Shown here piece after piece: positions 38,751 to 48,819 of a stretch of 64,000 bases of DNA. The translations under genes and the position numbers were made by a program. Under the pieces are notes generated by a model. The model was given only the letters and a program-made list of their open reading frames with translations. It did no database searches and was not told where the DNA came from. The stretch is from NCBI GenBank assembly GCA_964637575.1, contig CAZWVU010000002.1, positions 82,824-146,823 of the forward strand, in the 5' to 3' direction. The first letter of the stretch is position 1. The number at the start of each line of letters is the position of its first letter. Source of the DNA: an uncultured Candidatus Saccharibacteria bacterium (lineage in GTDB: Bacteria; Patescibacteriota; Minisyncoccia; UBA6257; WO2-44-18).

Positions 38751-38893
38751 ATTTTTATCTTTAATTTTTAGTTTTTAAGTTGCTCGACCTTTGTTTTTAT
38801 ATTTTCTAATCATAGCAAATAAATGGCATTCGGGCGCATCGGAGCTGTGGACAAGTAAAAACCGCCGGTCAGGGCGGGAGCGCCTCACAAGTT

Positions 38894-39106
38894 TTAGCGA
38901 TTATTGTTCAGGTACTTACTGGCAACACTCAACGCGAATGAGGGCAGAAGGATGAACAAGGTGGTGAACATCAGCTTCATGAATATAAAGTGTAAGGGCG
39001 TGCCGTTGTTGTCTCCGTTTTCCGGCAAGGTCAGCACATTTAAAATTCCGGCAATACCAAACAGAACCGACGAACAGATAAATAAACGTGTCGCTATTTT
39101 TTGCAT
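38894..39106 (-). CDS. Small two-TM membrane protein
   Basis: MQKIATRLFICSSVLFG...ILLPSFALSVASKYL; the longer ORF-track version runs through the tRNA. Confidence 0.6.
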   Translation of the reverse strand: MQKIATRLFICSSVLFGIAGILNVLTLPENGDNNGTPLHFIFMKLMFTTLFILLPSFALSVASKYLNNNR

Positions 39107-39228
39107 AAGGTAAGTATACATCAAAAACACCGGCGGCAAATTATCGTATTTCGTGATGAGATAATTTACTTGAAAATACATTGTAAAATGTATTACCATA
39201 TTAGTCATAAGTAGTTTGAGCATTCCGC

Positions 39229-39300
39229 TCCCCGGTAGCTCAGCGGTAGAGCGGCGCCCTGTTAAGGCGACGGTCGTAGGTTCGATCCCTACCCGGGGAG
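39229..39300 (+). tRNA. tRNA-Asn (anticodon GTT), CCA not encoded
   Basis: Acceptor TCCCCGG/CCGGGGA, D-arm GCTC-AGCGGTA-GAGC, loop CT-GTT-AA, T-loop GTTCGATCC. Confidence 0.95.
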
Positions 39301-39323
39301 CAGAGTGCTTGATCTTTAGCTGT

Positions 39324-39707
39324 TCAGTCGCTCGGCGGAGGTTTGGGCGGTTTGGACATGGAACGGTCAACGGAAATATCGTCGGGCGTGAAATAGCGGC
39401 CGTCCGGTCCCGCGGAGCGGATGTTGACCGCGTCCAGTATCCTTCCCTGCGTATAGATAATCATCAGATTGTTTCCCCAGGGATCACGCTCCGGAAGATA
39501 CATTCCCGGAAAATAAAAGAACTGGTAGCGGCCGCTCGCCGTCTGATTAGCCTGAAACCAGTCCGCCCAGCGCGACACCTGGTCGAACGCAGCCGGACTT
39601 TGGTTGTCATGCGCCCGCACTTCGAAGTACGCCAGGATGCCGATCGCAAAGAGCACCAGCGCGATGCCTATCCGGTTGATTATTCGCCTATGGTGGTGAC
39701 GGTCCAT
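39324..39707 (-). CDS. T2SS GspG/pseudopilin C-terminal-like protein
   Basis: TM, then DPWGN...RSAGPDG....DDI. Confidence 0.55.
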   Translation of the reverse strand: MDRHHHRRIINRIGIALVLFAIGILAYFEVRAHDNQSPAAFDQVSRWADWFQANQTASGRYQFFYFPGMYLPERDPWGNNLMIIYTQGRILDAVNIRSAGPDGRYFTPDDISVDRSMSKPPKPPPSD

Positions 39708-40585
39708 TCGGAAAATTTCACATCCATAAAATCGGTGCGGATGCCGGCATATCCCCTGTTGAAGATAGGCGCGCCGCCGAAACTTTTCCCGTCGTCCGTC
39801 GCCTGCGCGGCGAGCGTCCATGTGCCCGTCCGATTGATATCGGTGTACAGCTTGATGCCGACAGTGCCGTCAGAATTGGTGATGATTTCGCTGCGAAGGC
39901 CGAGCCAGGCCTGGTGCGGCAGAAGATCGGGACTGGACGCCTTGTCGTAGATGCCGGGAAACATCTGCGTCTGCGCCATGGTGTAATATTCGCCGGCAAT
40001 TTTTTTCTTGATGATCGCCGTGCCGTCGACGCGGAGGCCGGTGTAATAGAGATTGTCGCCGTTCTGATACCGGTTAAATAAAAGAATCCCGTTGGACTCA
40101 TTCCGGTTTTTGCTGACGCTCAATTGATCTCTGACAATCCAGAAATACGCCGACTGGTGAAAATTCTGCCAGGTGCTGCGGCTGACCAGCCGGAAAATAT
40201 TCTGCGGATGGTAGCCGCCGTCCGTGTCGGCCGGATTTTCATGGGCGTAGATGATCCGCCACAGGGATCTCGCCGGCAGTTCGCCCTGGACGGTTTCGCC
40301 GGTCCCGCTGGCGACGCGCAGATACGCCCCGGAGTTAACCCACCAGTACGGATCGGCGCTTTTTCTCATTGAATCAGTTTCTTCGATGGTTTCCGTTCCG
40401 CCGAAATTATAGGTAAAGGGAGACGCCACTGCTGCCGCGGCGATCGTTACTTTCCGCGGCACGAACGGCGCGGGAAGCGTCACGCGGGGTATTTCCACGG
40501 TGCTTGATACCCGCCGTCTTCCAATGATAATCGCGGCCGCGAGCACGATACCCGCGCTAAGCAGGATAAGACGGGTTGTTTTCAT
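39680..40585 (-). CDS. Membrane-anchored beta-sandwich (lectin/ConA-like) protein
   Basis: N-terminal TM, aromatic beta-rich body, GYAGIRTD; in the polysaccharide operon. Confidence 0.55.
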   Translation of the reverse strand: MKTTRLILLSAGIVLAAAIIIGRRRVSSTVEIPRVTLPAPFVPRKVTIAAAAVASPFTYNFGGTETIEETDSMRKSADPYWWVNSGAYLRVASGTGETVQGELPARSLWRIIYAHENPADTDGGYHPQNIFRLVSRSTWQNFHQSAYFWIVRDQLSVSKNRNESNGILLFNRYQNGDNLYYTGLRVDGTAIIKKKIAGEYYTMAQTQMFPGIYDKASSPDLLPHQAWLGLRSEIITNSDGTVGIKLYTDINRTGTWTLAAQATDDGKSFGGAPIFNRGYAGIRTDFMDVKFSEWTVTTIGE

Positions 40586-40607
40586 AATGACTACACCTAT
40601 CATTGTA

Positions 40608-42191
40608 TTACAAAGGATCCACCTGGACTCCCCGGAGGATCAGATTGGCGTTGCCATTTTTTTGATCCCAGACTTTGAAGCCGATTCCGCCGTTTCTCAA
40701 CAGCGGCGTCAGAACATTACTGTACGTGATCGGAATGCCGTTGATCAGACAGGTGACGGTGTCCCCCTGCACCCGCATACCCAGAGACACGTTGCTCGGA
40801 TTGGGAATAATTACGTCCTTCGTCTCGGCCAACTTCAGATCATTGTCTTTTGTGCGCTGGTTGATAAATACTCTGCCCTCCCCGAACTCGCAGCTGACAT
40901 AATTTTCCGGATCGTGCATCCGGCCAAAAATGGTGGCGTACGCTCCGCTCACCCAGTTGGCGCTCGTCTCCACCGAGTAATCATCCCAGAGATACGAACC
41001 GTTGAGCAGCACCGCGGTACCGTTGTTGAAGGCGCCGGTTTCCAGACTGAGATTCCCCCCGCTCATCGTCGTGGATCCCCAGAGTAGGACCCAGTCGATA
41101 TTGGTCGTCCCGTCGAAGGTGTCGGAATACGGCAGCGGCTTCGCCTCTCCCGAATCGAACAAACCCTTCAAATACCCGGCGCTCCAGGTCGGCCGTACGT
41201 CCAGGCGTTTCTTCAAATACGCCTCGGTATTGGGAAAATTGTCGGTGAATCCCTCGCCGATCCAGCTTTGGTAAAACGCGATCGGGTACACGCGGCTGGT
41301 TTCCTGCGGAACCACCCGCCGGGCATCGGGGAAATTATCGGTGGACTGGCCGAAATCGCCGAATGGATAGGCAAAGGCGTGGGCCTCGACGCCCAGCGCG
41401 TTCTTCAGGTCCTGATAGGCGCCGACAAAATCGTCGTGGATCCGGGAGTGGAATTCATCCACGGTTTCCTGCCGGTTCTGCTGGAGCAGCCAGAGCCGGT
41501 CGCTGTAGAAGTGGCCCGGCGTGCCCTTGCTGTCGATATTGTAAAACGTGTGGCCGTCACGCGTATGCGACTCCAGCTCCCAGCGCCCGCTCGCCAGAAG
41601 ATTCCGCAGCTCCGGCAGGGAAAGATAGTACGGCCCCGCCTCGTCGAGCATCGAATACCGCGTGATCACGAACATCACGGCGTTGTAATTAAGCGCACGC
41701 AAAATCGGATCGACCGGGTAGTAGCTGTCCTTGCGCCCGTCGTCGAAGGTCAGCAAAAATGACTTCGCGGGAACTTTTTTCCGGCCGTTCACGAAATTTT
41801 CAAAATCGTTCATGGTAATCGTCTGATAGCCGGCTTGTTTCAGCGCGAACATCTGTTCTTTAAATGTCTCCACGGTAACGTCGGTGCCGTTCGGCCTGCT
41901 CACGATGCCGTGATACAGGAGCACCGGCACCGAGTCGGCATAGCCGTTAACGGGCGTCTGAACCGGGACGGAATCGCCCGCCATCGCCAGCATCATGCTG
42001 GAAAGCAAATCGTGATTGGTGGATTCCGCGTAGCTCACCTCGTACTGGTATGAATCCAGCCAGATTTTTCCCTGCGCGTAAAGATAGAAAAATCCTTTCA
42101 GGAAAATACTGAATCCCACCACCATGCCGATCAGCATAAGCATGGAAAGACTGAAGTAAACTTTTGTTTTGATAAGATAATGTTTCAGCAT
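40608..42191 (-). CDS. Polysaccharide deacetylase (PgaB/IcaB-like CE4) + C-terminal beta-sandwich
   Basis: VPVLLYHG, LTFDDG, ESHTRDGH, FAYPFG; TGATG coupling to the upstream gene. Confidence 0.85.
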   Translation of the reverse strand: MLKHYLIKTKVYFSLSMLMLIGMVVGFSIFLKGFFYLYAQGKIWLDSYQYEVSYAESTNHDLLSSMMLAMAGDSVPVQTPVNGYADSVPVLLYHGIVSRPNGTDVTVETFKEQMFALKQAGYQTITMNDFENFVNGRKKVPAKSFLLTFDDGRKDSYYPVDPILRALNYNAVMFVITRYSMLDEAGPYYLSLPELRNLLASGRWELESHTRDGHTFYNIDSKGTPGHFYSDRLWLLQQNRQETVDEFHSRIHDDFVGAYQDLKNALGVEAHAFAYPFGDFGQSTDNFPDARRVVPQETSRVYPIAFYQSWIGEGFTDNFPNTEAYLKKRLDVRPTWSAGYLKGLFDSGEAKPLPYSDTFDGTTNIDWVLLWGSTTMSGGNLSLETGAFNNGTAVLLNGSYLWDDYSVETSANWVSGAYATIFGRMHDPENYVSCEFGEGRVFINQRTKDNDLKLAETKDVIIPNPSNVSLGMRVQGDTVTCLINGIPITYSNVLTPLLRNGGIGFKVWDQKNGNANLILRGVQVDPL

Positions 42192-43504
42192 CAGCGGGTT
42201 CCCCATTGCCGGTCCTTCAGACGCGCCAGCGCGTAAAACAGCACGAAGGAGAGCAGCACCATATTGATACCGGACCAGATGAAGACGTAAGGCCAGTATT
42301 TATTGCCCCGCGACACATAGCGGTAATAGGTCGTCAGGAGGCCGGCAATCAGGATTACGCCAAGCATGTAAAACGTCGGCCAGACATCATAAAAAAGCGG
42401 GTTGATGATCAGTGCCTTCGTCGCCATCAGAGGAGTCAGGAGCGTGAGAATGATCAGCGGGAAGAAATACGTGATCGCCACGAACGGTTCGGTGGCCAGA
42501 AGAAATTTGCTCGCGAACAGGGAATTCACGAACCAGCCTTTTTTCCAGCGCACCTGCTGTTTCAAAAATTTCCGGAGATTATTCGGGCAGATCGTGTAGG
42601 CGCGGGCCTGATCGGTGTAGATCGTCCGGTATCCGAGCTGAAGCACCCGGTTGGTGAGCGAGCGGTCGTCGCCCCAGGTAACCGGCAGGCCGAGAAATTT
42701 TTCCTCAAGCCACTCGTCCAGAATCGGCGCGACCACGCTTCTCCGGTAGGCGGAAGAACAGCCGCTGCAGCAGAATACAGTAAGAAAGGTCGACTCGGCC
42801 GCTTTCAAAATCCGGAAGGACATGAAATAGTAGGCGGCCTGCATTCTGGTAAGCAGATTCTCCTCCGCGTTTTCCGGATCGGCGTGGGCGCAGACCGCGC
42901 CGATCAGCGGATCGCGGAACGGCGCGACCAACTTATGGAAATCAGCCGGATTCACATAGCTGTCGCTGTCGAGCTGAACCACGATTTCCCCCTTGGCGCG
43001 CTTGAATCCCTCCACCATCGCGTGCCGCTTTCCCTTGTTTTCTTTCCAGTCGATGATCGTCAATGTCGGATACCGGGTCGCTTTCAGACGCCGGAGAATT
43101 TCCAGCGTGCGATCGGTGCTGCCGTCGTTAATAACAATCACTTCCAGCTTGTCCTTGGGATATTCGGCGGCAAAACATTTGGAAACGGTGCGCTCAATGG
43201 CGCCTTCCTCGTTTTTGCAGGGAATCACGAAGGAGGCGGTGGGTTCGTATGTTTCGTCATCCGTATTCGCCATGATTTTGGACATGGAGCGCGCGTACAT
43301 CATGGCACCTACGATCCGGGACAGTTCGAAGGTGGTGATAAAAATCGTATAGAAAAAGAGGGCGGGATCATTCTGCAGCTCTCCCGCGATCGTCCGCGAC
43401 TTGATCAGAAACACCAGAAAGAGAATCGCGGCGCCCACGCATATCAAAAAAATCCGGAACATCATATCTGATGATTTCCGGATTGGGATGGATGCCGTGG
43501 TCAT
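42191..43504 (-). CDS. Processive GT2, hyaluronan-synthase/NodC-like
   Basis: NDGSTD, NKGKRHAM, LDSDS, CCSG..SAYRR, GDDRSLTN, QQVRW, C-terminal WGTR. Confidence 0.85.
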   Translation of the reverse strand: MTTASIPIRKSSDMMFRIFLICVGAAILFLVFLIKSRTIAGELQNDPALFFYTIFITTFELSRIVGAMMYARSMSKIMANTDDETYEPTASFVIPCKNEEGAIERTVSKCFAAEYPKDKLEVIVINDGSTDRTLEILRRLKATRYPTLTIIDWKENKGKRHAMVEGFKRAKGEIVVQLDSDSYVNPADFHKLVAPFRDPLIGAVCAHADPENAEENLLTRMQAAYYFMSFRILKAAESTFLTVFCCSGCSSAYRRSVVAPILDEWLEEKFLGLPVTWGDDRSLTNRVLQLGYRTIYTDQARAYTICPNNLRKFLKQQVRWKKGWFVNSLFASKFLLATEPFVAITYFFPLIILTLLTPLMATKALIINPLFYDVWPTFYMLGVILIAGLLTTYYRYVSRGNKYWPYVFIWSGINMVLLSFVLFYALARLKDRQWGTR

Positions 43505-43506
43505 AC

Positions 43507-44790
43507 CTATCTTCCGATTCCCCGATATGCGAGCCCGGCCTTTATGAATTGTTCCTTGGGAAGACAGTTCCTTCCGTCCACCACCACCTCCACGTTCCGC
43601 GCTACCAGGAATTCCGGGGTCAGATTCCGGAATACTTCGTGATCGGTGGCGACGACTACCGCAGTGGCGTCCTCCAGCGCGTCTTCCAGCGATTTCGCGG
43701 TGGATTGCTGCGGCACCATCGGATCGTAAATTGCCAGCCGCGCGCCGCGCGCCTTGAGATGTTTAATGATGTCGAACGAAGGACTCTCGCGGCAGTCGTC
43801 GATATTGGCTTTATACGCCAGCCCGAGGACGGCAATTTTTCTCCCGTTGATCGCAATGTTTTTCCGGTTCAGCTCCGCCATCAGCAAATCCACGGTAAAT
43901 TCGGGCATGCGATTGTTAATCCGCCGGGCCAGCGAAAGAAAATCGTGATGGAATCCCCTGTCTTTGGCGTATTCAATGAGATAGTAGGGATCCACCGGAA
44001 TGCAGTGCCCGCCCACGCCGCAGCCGGGAAAATGCGCGAAAAAGGAGAACGGCTTGGTGGCGGCGCCGTTGATGACATTCACCACGTCAATTCCCAGCTT
44101 GGCGAAGGACATCGCCAGCTCGTTCACAAAGGCGATGTTGATGTCCCGGAAGGAATTTTCAATGATTTTCACCGCCTCCGCCTCCCGCAATGAACCCATT
44201 TTTCTAATTTTGCCGCTGATAATTCCCCGGTAAAACTTGTGCGCTTTTTCCAATCCTTCTTCATCGAAGCTGCCTACCACGCGGGGAATATTTTTAACCG
44301 TCCAGCGCGCGTCGCCCGGATTGATCCGTTCCGGACAGTGCGCGAGATAAAAATCTTTTCCGCATTTCAGCCCGGAACGCTCCAGGATCGGCAGCGCGAC
44401 CTCGTCGCACACCCCCGGGTTCACGGTGGACTCCAGAATCACCAGCTGCCCCCGTTGTAAAAAACGAGCGACTGCTTTGCAGGCGCTCTCTACTGGTTCC
44501 AGATTGGGCATATGATTTTCGTATACAGGGGTGGGTACGCAGATTACGATCGTCCCGACATCCTGTACGCGGCTGAAGTCGGTGGTGGCCTTCAGACTGG
44601 CCTTCTTGAGATCCCGCCCGACCGCCTCATCCGCGAACGGGGCTATTCTATTATTAATTTTTTTTACTTTTTCCGGATTGACGTCGATACCGACCACCCG
44701 GTACCCCTTCTGATCGGCAAGGAGCGCGAGCGGGAGACCGACATATCCCAGCCCGACTACCGCGACCGACTTTTCTGATTTTTTAACCAT
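43507..44790 (-). CDS. Nucleotide-sugar dehydrogenase (UDP-HexNAc type, WbpA/WecC-like)
   Basis: GLGYVG, CVPTP, ESTV.PG, PERINPG, GVGGHCIPVDPYYL, D.RESP. Confidence 0.92.
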   Translation of the reverse strand: MVKKSEKSVAVVGLGYVGLPLALLADQKGYRVVGIDVNPEKVKKINNRIAPFADEAVGRDLKKASLKATTDFSRVQDVGTIVICVPTPVYENHMPNLEPVESACKAVARFLQRGQLVILESTVNPGVCDEVALPILERSGLKCGKDFYLAHCPERINPGDARWTVKNIPRVVGSFDEEGLEKAHKFYRGIISGKIRKMGSLREAEAVKIIENSFRDINIAFVNELAMSFAKLGIDVVNVINGAATKPFSFFAHFPGCGVGGHCIPVDPYYLIEYAKDRGFHHDFLSLARRINNRMPEFTVDLLMAELNRKNIAINGRKIAVLGLAYKANIDDCRESPSFDIIKHLKARGARLAIYDPMVPQQSTAKSLEDALEDATAVVVATDHEVFRNLTPEFLVARNVEVVVDGRNCLPKEQFIKAGLAYRGIGR

Positions 44791-44871
44791 GTGTTTTTCT
44801 TTTATCGTACCACGGGTATTTTCCTTGCGTTTTCACATTTTAAAAAATCTCATCAGTAAAAAATGCCGCCC

Positions 44872-45261
44872 TTAGTCCAGGCGGTACTTACTTTTTTTAC
44901 TGACTCCGAAAATATCTTTGATGACGCGCTCCGCAAGCGGATCAAGATCGCGGCCGCACAGCTGTTCCAATTTTATCCATGCCGCACCCGGCCGGAGAAC
45001 GCCCGCGCATTTCGCCGCGGCAGCGGAATAACAGTAAAGAACCGAGTGCCGGATTTCGTACCGGCGCGGCAGAAGAAAAAAATCTTCCGGCCGCGCGTCG
45101 AGTCCGACGCAGCGTTTCAGGCACTCCCGCGCGGCTTCGCGGCCGGTCTGATTTTTTTTCATGACACACACCGGCAGAAAAATAATTTTGTTTCCGCGCG
45201 CGCGCCGCGCGATGAGCAGCACGCGGTCATTGTTCCAGAGAAATATTCCGACGCGTTCCAT
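44872..45261 (-). CDS. Degenerate NUDIX-fold hypothetical protein
   Basis: VLLIARR...LP...REAARECLKRCVGL resembles a Nudix box that lacks the catalytic Glu residues. Confidence 0.4.
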   Translation of the reverse strand: MERVGIFLWNNDRVLLIARRARGNKIIFLPVCVMKKNQTGREAARECLKRCVGLDARPEDFFLLPRRYEIRHSVLYCYSAAAAKCAGVLRPGAAWIKLEQLCGRDLDPLAERVIKDIFGVSKKSKYRLD

Positions 45262-45359
45262 CTTCCTACTCCTTGTCAAACAACTCCTTGCAATTTCAGA
45301 ATATCAGAAAAAACTGTTGGCAATTCTGTGCTAGCCTGAAAATGTAGGAAATAGAAAAT

Positions 45360-47054
45360 ATGATAAATAAAAAAAATATCGGACTGACGCTGGGAATGGG
45401 TATGATGGTCGCGGCCGCCATTCTCACCCTCCACACGGCGCGCGCAGATGCCGCCAACCTGATCAGTAACCCGTCGGTGGAAACGGGATCATCAAGTAAT
45501 CCGCTTATGCCGCAGAGCTGGTTCAAGGGCGGTTACGGATCGAATACCCGCACCCTCACCTATCCTGTTCCGGGATACGATGGCGCCAGGGCGGTCAGGG
45601 TGGATATCAGCGGATACACCGATGGCGATGCGAAATGGTATTTCAATTATGTCCCCGTAAATCCCGGGGACAATTATTTTTTCTCGGACAATTTCCTCTC
45701 CAACACGACTTCCTATCTTACGGTCCAGTTTAAGAAAACCGACGGAACATTCCGCTATCTGAGCCTCGGATCCCTTCCGGCCGACGGAAGCTGGCAGTTC
45801 ATCCAGAAAAATTTCGTGGTTCCCTCAAACGTCACAGGCCTTACCATATTCCACGCGCTCCGCGGCGATGGGTATCTGGTAAGCGACAACTATGTTTTGA
45901 AAAAAATAATTTCCCCGGCCGCCGATCCCAATAATCTTATCAGCAATCCTTCGATGGAACTTCCCTCCTCCGCCGATCCGAATATTCCCAAAAACTGGCT
46001 GCAGGGCGGCTATGGGTCAAACACACGCATCTTCACGTATCCCGTTGCCGGCAACGACGGCTGGAGCGGCGCCAAGGTGGAAATTACCAGTCATGACGAC
46101 GGCGACGCCAAGTGGTATTTCAATCCCGTAGCCGCCAGCTCCGGCGACAGCTTCGAATATTCCGATTACTCGATCGGCAGTATTCCCAACGACGTGACCG
46201 CCCGGTTCACCCTGAAAAACGGCGCCTTCCAGTATCAATATCTCGGCACGGTACCCGCCGCCACCAGCTGGACAAAGTTCGACACCACCCTCACCGCCCC
46301 GGCCAACACCGCCGCGCTTACCGTCTTTCATAATATTGACGACGTCGGCACATTGAAAACCGATTCCTACTATCTGAAAAAACTTCCTTCCAATAAATTC
46401 GCGCAGGGAATGGTCACGCTGACCTTCGACGACGGTTACCAGAGCGTGTACGACAACGCGATTCCTATTCTCCGGAAAGCCGGGATCAAAAGCAGCCACT
46501 ATATCGTCAGCACCTACACGGATTACACGGGATTCATGAACCTGCAGGAGATCGCCGAACTCAACAAATCAGGCTATGAAATCGGCTCGCACACCCGGAC
46601 GCATCCCTACCTTACCCAGCTTTCCGACACCGACGCCTGGAATGAAATTTCCGGAGGTAAATCCGATATAACCGGATTCGGATTTACCCCGAACAGCGTC
46701 TTCGTGTATCCCTTCGGCGATTATGATGACCGGATCAAGCAGATGGTGAAGAAGGCGGGATTCATCGCGGCGCGCAGCACGATCGACGGATTCAATTTCA
46801 AGAACACCGATAAATTCGAGCTTCAGGACGAGCGGGTGCTCCGCACGACGACCGTCAGCCAGGTCCAATCCTGGATCGACCAGGCGCTGGCCGATCATTC
46901 CTGGCTGATTATTGAGCTTCATCAGACACTCGATTCCAGCAACGACCTCTACAGCAATAATGTGGCAATGATCCAGGCAATCGCCGATTATATTACCAAA
47001 ACAGGAATCAAAGTGATCAGTGTCCCCGAAGGAGTGGCGATGATGAATCCTTAA
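45360..47054 (+). CDS. Secreted polysaccharide deacetylase with two tandem carbohydrate-binding-like repeats
   Basis: Signal peptide; two repeats NLISNPS.E..GGYGSNTR..DGDAKWYF; TFDDG, SHTRTHP, YPFG. Confidence 0.88.
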   Translation: MINKKNIGLTLGMGMMVAAAILTLHTARADAANLISNPSVETGSSSNPLMPQSWFKGGYGSNTRTLTYPVPGYDGARAVRVDISGYTDGDAKWYFNYVPVNPGDNYFFSDNFLSNTTSYLTVQFKKTDGTFRYLSLGSLPADGSWQFIQKNFVVPSNVTGLTIFHALRGDGYLVSDNYVLKKIISPAADPNNLISNPSMELPSSADPNIPKNWLQGGYGSNTRIFTYPVAGNDGWSGAKVEITSHDDGDAKWYFNPVAASSGDSFEYSDYSIGSIPNDVTARFTLKNGAFQYQYLGTVPAATSWTKFDTTLTAPANTAALTVFHNIDDVGTLKTDSYYLKKLPSNKFAQGMVTLTFDDGYQSVYDNAIPILRKAGIKSSHYIVSTYTDYTGFMNLQEIAELNKSGYEIGSHTRTHPYLTQLSDTDAWNEISGGKSDITGFGFTPNSVFVYPFGDYDDRIKQMVKKAGFIAARSTIDGFNFKNTDKFELQDERVLRTTTVSQVQSWIDQALADHSWLIIELHQTLDSSNDLYSNNVAMIQAIADYITKTGIKVISVPEGVAMMNP

Positions 47055-47112
47055 CCATCCGGGGTGGCTTGACAAAAATAATAAGGACTGCTACTCTTTC
47101 CCCATTACTCCT

Positions 47113-48711
47113 ATGAAGAAGACTCTTATTATAGTAGGGATGGTGGGCGTTTTGAGCGCCAATCTTTTGATTCCGGCCCTCGCCGGCGCCGCTACCTGCC
47201 AGTATTACATTGCCAGTCACTGCCCGAATTACGTCTATGATACCTACAATCCTCCGGCTTCCGGCACCTCGTCCAACGGCGGCGCCACGAACCGCCCGCC
47301 GACCTGGAATTATGTCGGCAACAAAACCGTCTTTGCCGGCCAGGTTCTGCAGTTCACGGTAACCGCGACCGACCCGGAAAACGACTGGCTTTATTATGAT
47401 ATTTTGAACACGCCCGCGGGCGCCTGGTTCGACCGCACGATGCACACGTTTTACTGGAATCCCAGCGAAGGCGATGTCGGCACGTATGGCCTGACCTTTA
47501 CCGTGAGCGACGGCAATTCGATTGTCTATAAAAATGTCACCGTCACCGTGCTCAGCAACGGCGGCCAGACGGGCGGCAACGACAACGGCGGTTCAAACGG
47601 AACCGGCGGAACTTCCGGCGCGACTCCGATCTGGAGCCAGACCGGGGACAAGAATGCCACGGTCGGACAGTATCTTCAGTTCACCGTGTCCGCCTATGAT
47701 CCGAACAGCAATTCCGGCGGCATCACGTACACCGCGCTGAATCTTCCGTCCGGAGCTTCCTTCGATTCGAACAGCCATTTCTTCTCCTGGAATCCGCAGA
47801 ATTATCAGGTCGGCACGTACGTGGTTACCTTCCGCGCGCATAACGCCTATGGTAATTCCGATCTGAACGTGACCATCCATGTTTCCGCCGCGTCGGGCAA
47901 CACTTCCAACAATAACCCGCCGCAGTTCTTCAGCTTCAATCCGGTCACGGGTGCCACGGTCAACCAGCTTTACAGCTATATCGTCCACGCGAACGATCCG
48001 GATGGCGACGCGCTCACCTACTACCTGATCGTCGCGCCGAGCGGAATGTCCATCAACTCCACGACGGGCTTCATTGCCTTCGTTCCCACGGCAGGCCAGG
48101 TCGGCACCCAGCCGGTCAAAGTGGGTGTTTCCGACGGTACCCATCAGGCGACCGCCGACTACACGCTGACCGTCTATAATGCCGGCACTTCCGTCCCTGT
48201 TCCCACTCCGGGTACCACGGGCGGCAACGGCGGCGGCACCGGCGCGACTGTTCCAGTTGAACCGAAGCTGGTAATTTCCGACATCAAGATTGAAAACAAG
48301 GACGGTGACATCGTGGTCAGCTGGAAAACGAATATTCCGGCGGGCTCCCGCATCATCTACGACACCGCCTCCGAAGCGGACCGGACCCGCAACTTCAGCT
48401 ATGCGAATGCCACGTCGGAAAATCAGGAACGTTTCACGAGCCATTCCGTGAATCTCGGCAAGCTCGATACGAACACCGTGTATTATTTCCGCGTCGTCTC
48501 CAAAACCGACCAGCAGACCGCCGTCGGCCAGGAAGTCGGCTTTATCCAGCTCGAAAACGGCCAGGTAAAAAGTCTGTTCGGCGCGTCCCTGATTGAAGCG
48601 CTCGGCAATCTTTTCGGAAACCGCGGGTTCCTCTGGCTACTCATCGCCGGCCTTGGCACCACGACCGCGATCTTCTTCCGCAAGCACCGCAAGTCCTCGC
48701 TGACCGTCTAA
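47113..48711 (+). CDS. Surface protein with putative Ig (He_PIG/cadherin-like) repeats, FN3-like domain and C-terminal TM
   Basis: Three repeats (A.DP..D.L.Y, P.G..F, FTVSDG); FN3-like YYFRVVS; TM plus basic tail. Confidence 0.8.
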   Translation: MKKTLIIVGMVGVLSANLLIPALAGAATCQYYIASHCPNYVYDTYNPPASGTSSNGGATNRPPTWNYVGNKTVFAGQVLQFTVTATDPENDWLYYDILNTPAGAWFDRTMHTFYWNPSEGDVGTYGLTFTVSDGNSIVYKNVTVTVLSNGGQTGGNDNGGSNGTGGTSGATPIWSQTGDKNATVGQYLQFTVSAYDPNSNSGGITYTALNLPSGASFDSNSHFFSWNPQNYQVGTYVVTFRAHNAYGNSDLNVTIHVSAASGNTSNNNPPQFFSFNPVTGATVNQLYSYIVHANDPDGDALTYYLIVAPSGMSINSTTGFIAFVPTAGQVGTQPVKVGVSDGTHQATADYTLTVYNAGTSVPVPTPGTTGGNGGGTGATVPVEPKLVISDIKIENKDGDIVVSWKTNIPAGSRIIYDTASEADRTRNFSYANATSENQERFTSHSVNLGKLDTNTVYYFRVVSKTDQQTAVGQEVGFIQLENGQVKSLFGASLIEALGNLFGNRGFLWLLIAGLGTTTAIFFRKHRKSSLTV

Positions 48712-48712
48712 C

Positions 48713-48747
48713 CAAAAAATCCCGCCTTTGACAGGCGGGATTTTTTG
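48713..48747 (+). terminator. Intrinsic terminator
   Basis: CAAAAAATCCCGCCT-ttgac-AGGCGGGATTTTTTG. Confidence 0.8.
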
Positions 48748-48819
48748 TCCTACACTATCTCCGCACTTTGAAAGGAGAGAGCATATCGAGTTTCCCCGAA
48801 ACCGGGGAAGGAGGTCCGG

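Noticed and set aside
38894-39950. ORFs 38894-39370 (full length) and 39216-39950
   Set aside because: They run through tRNA-Asn; only the 38894-39106 portion looks like a real gene.
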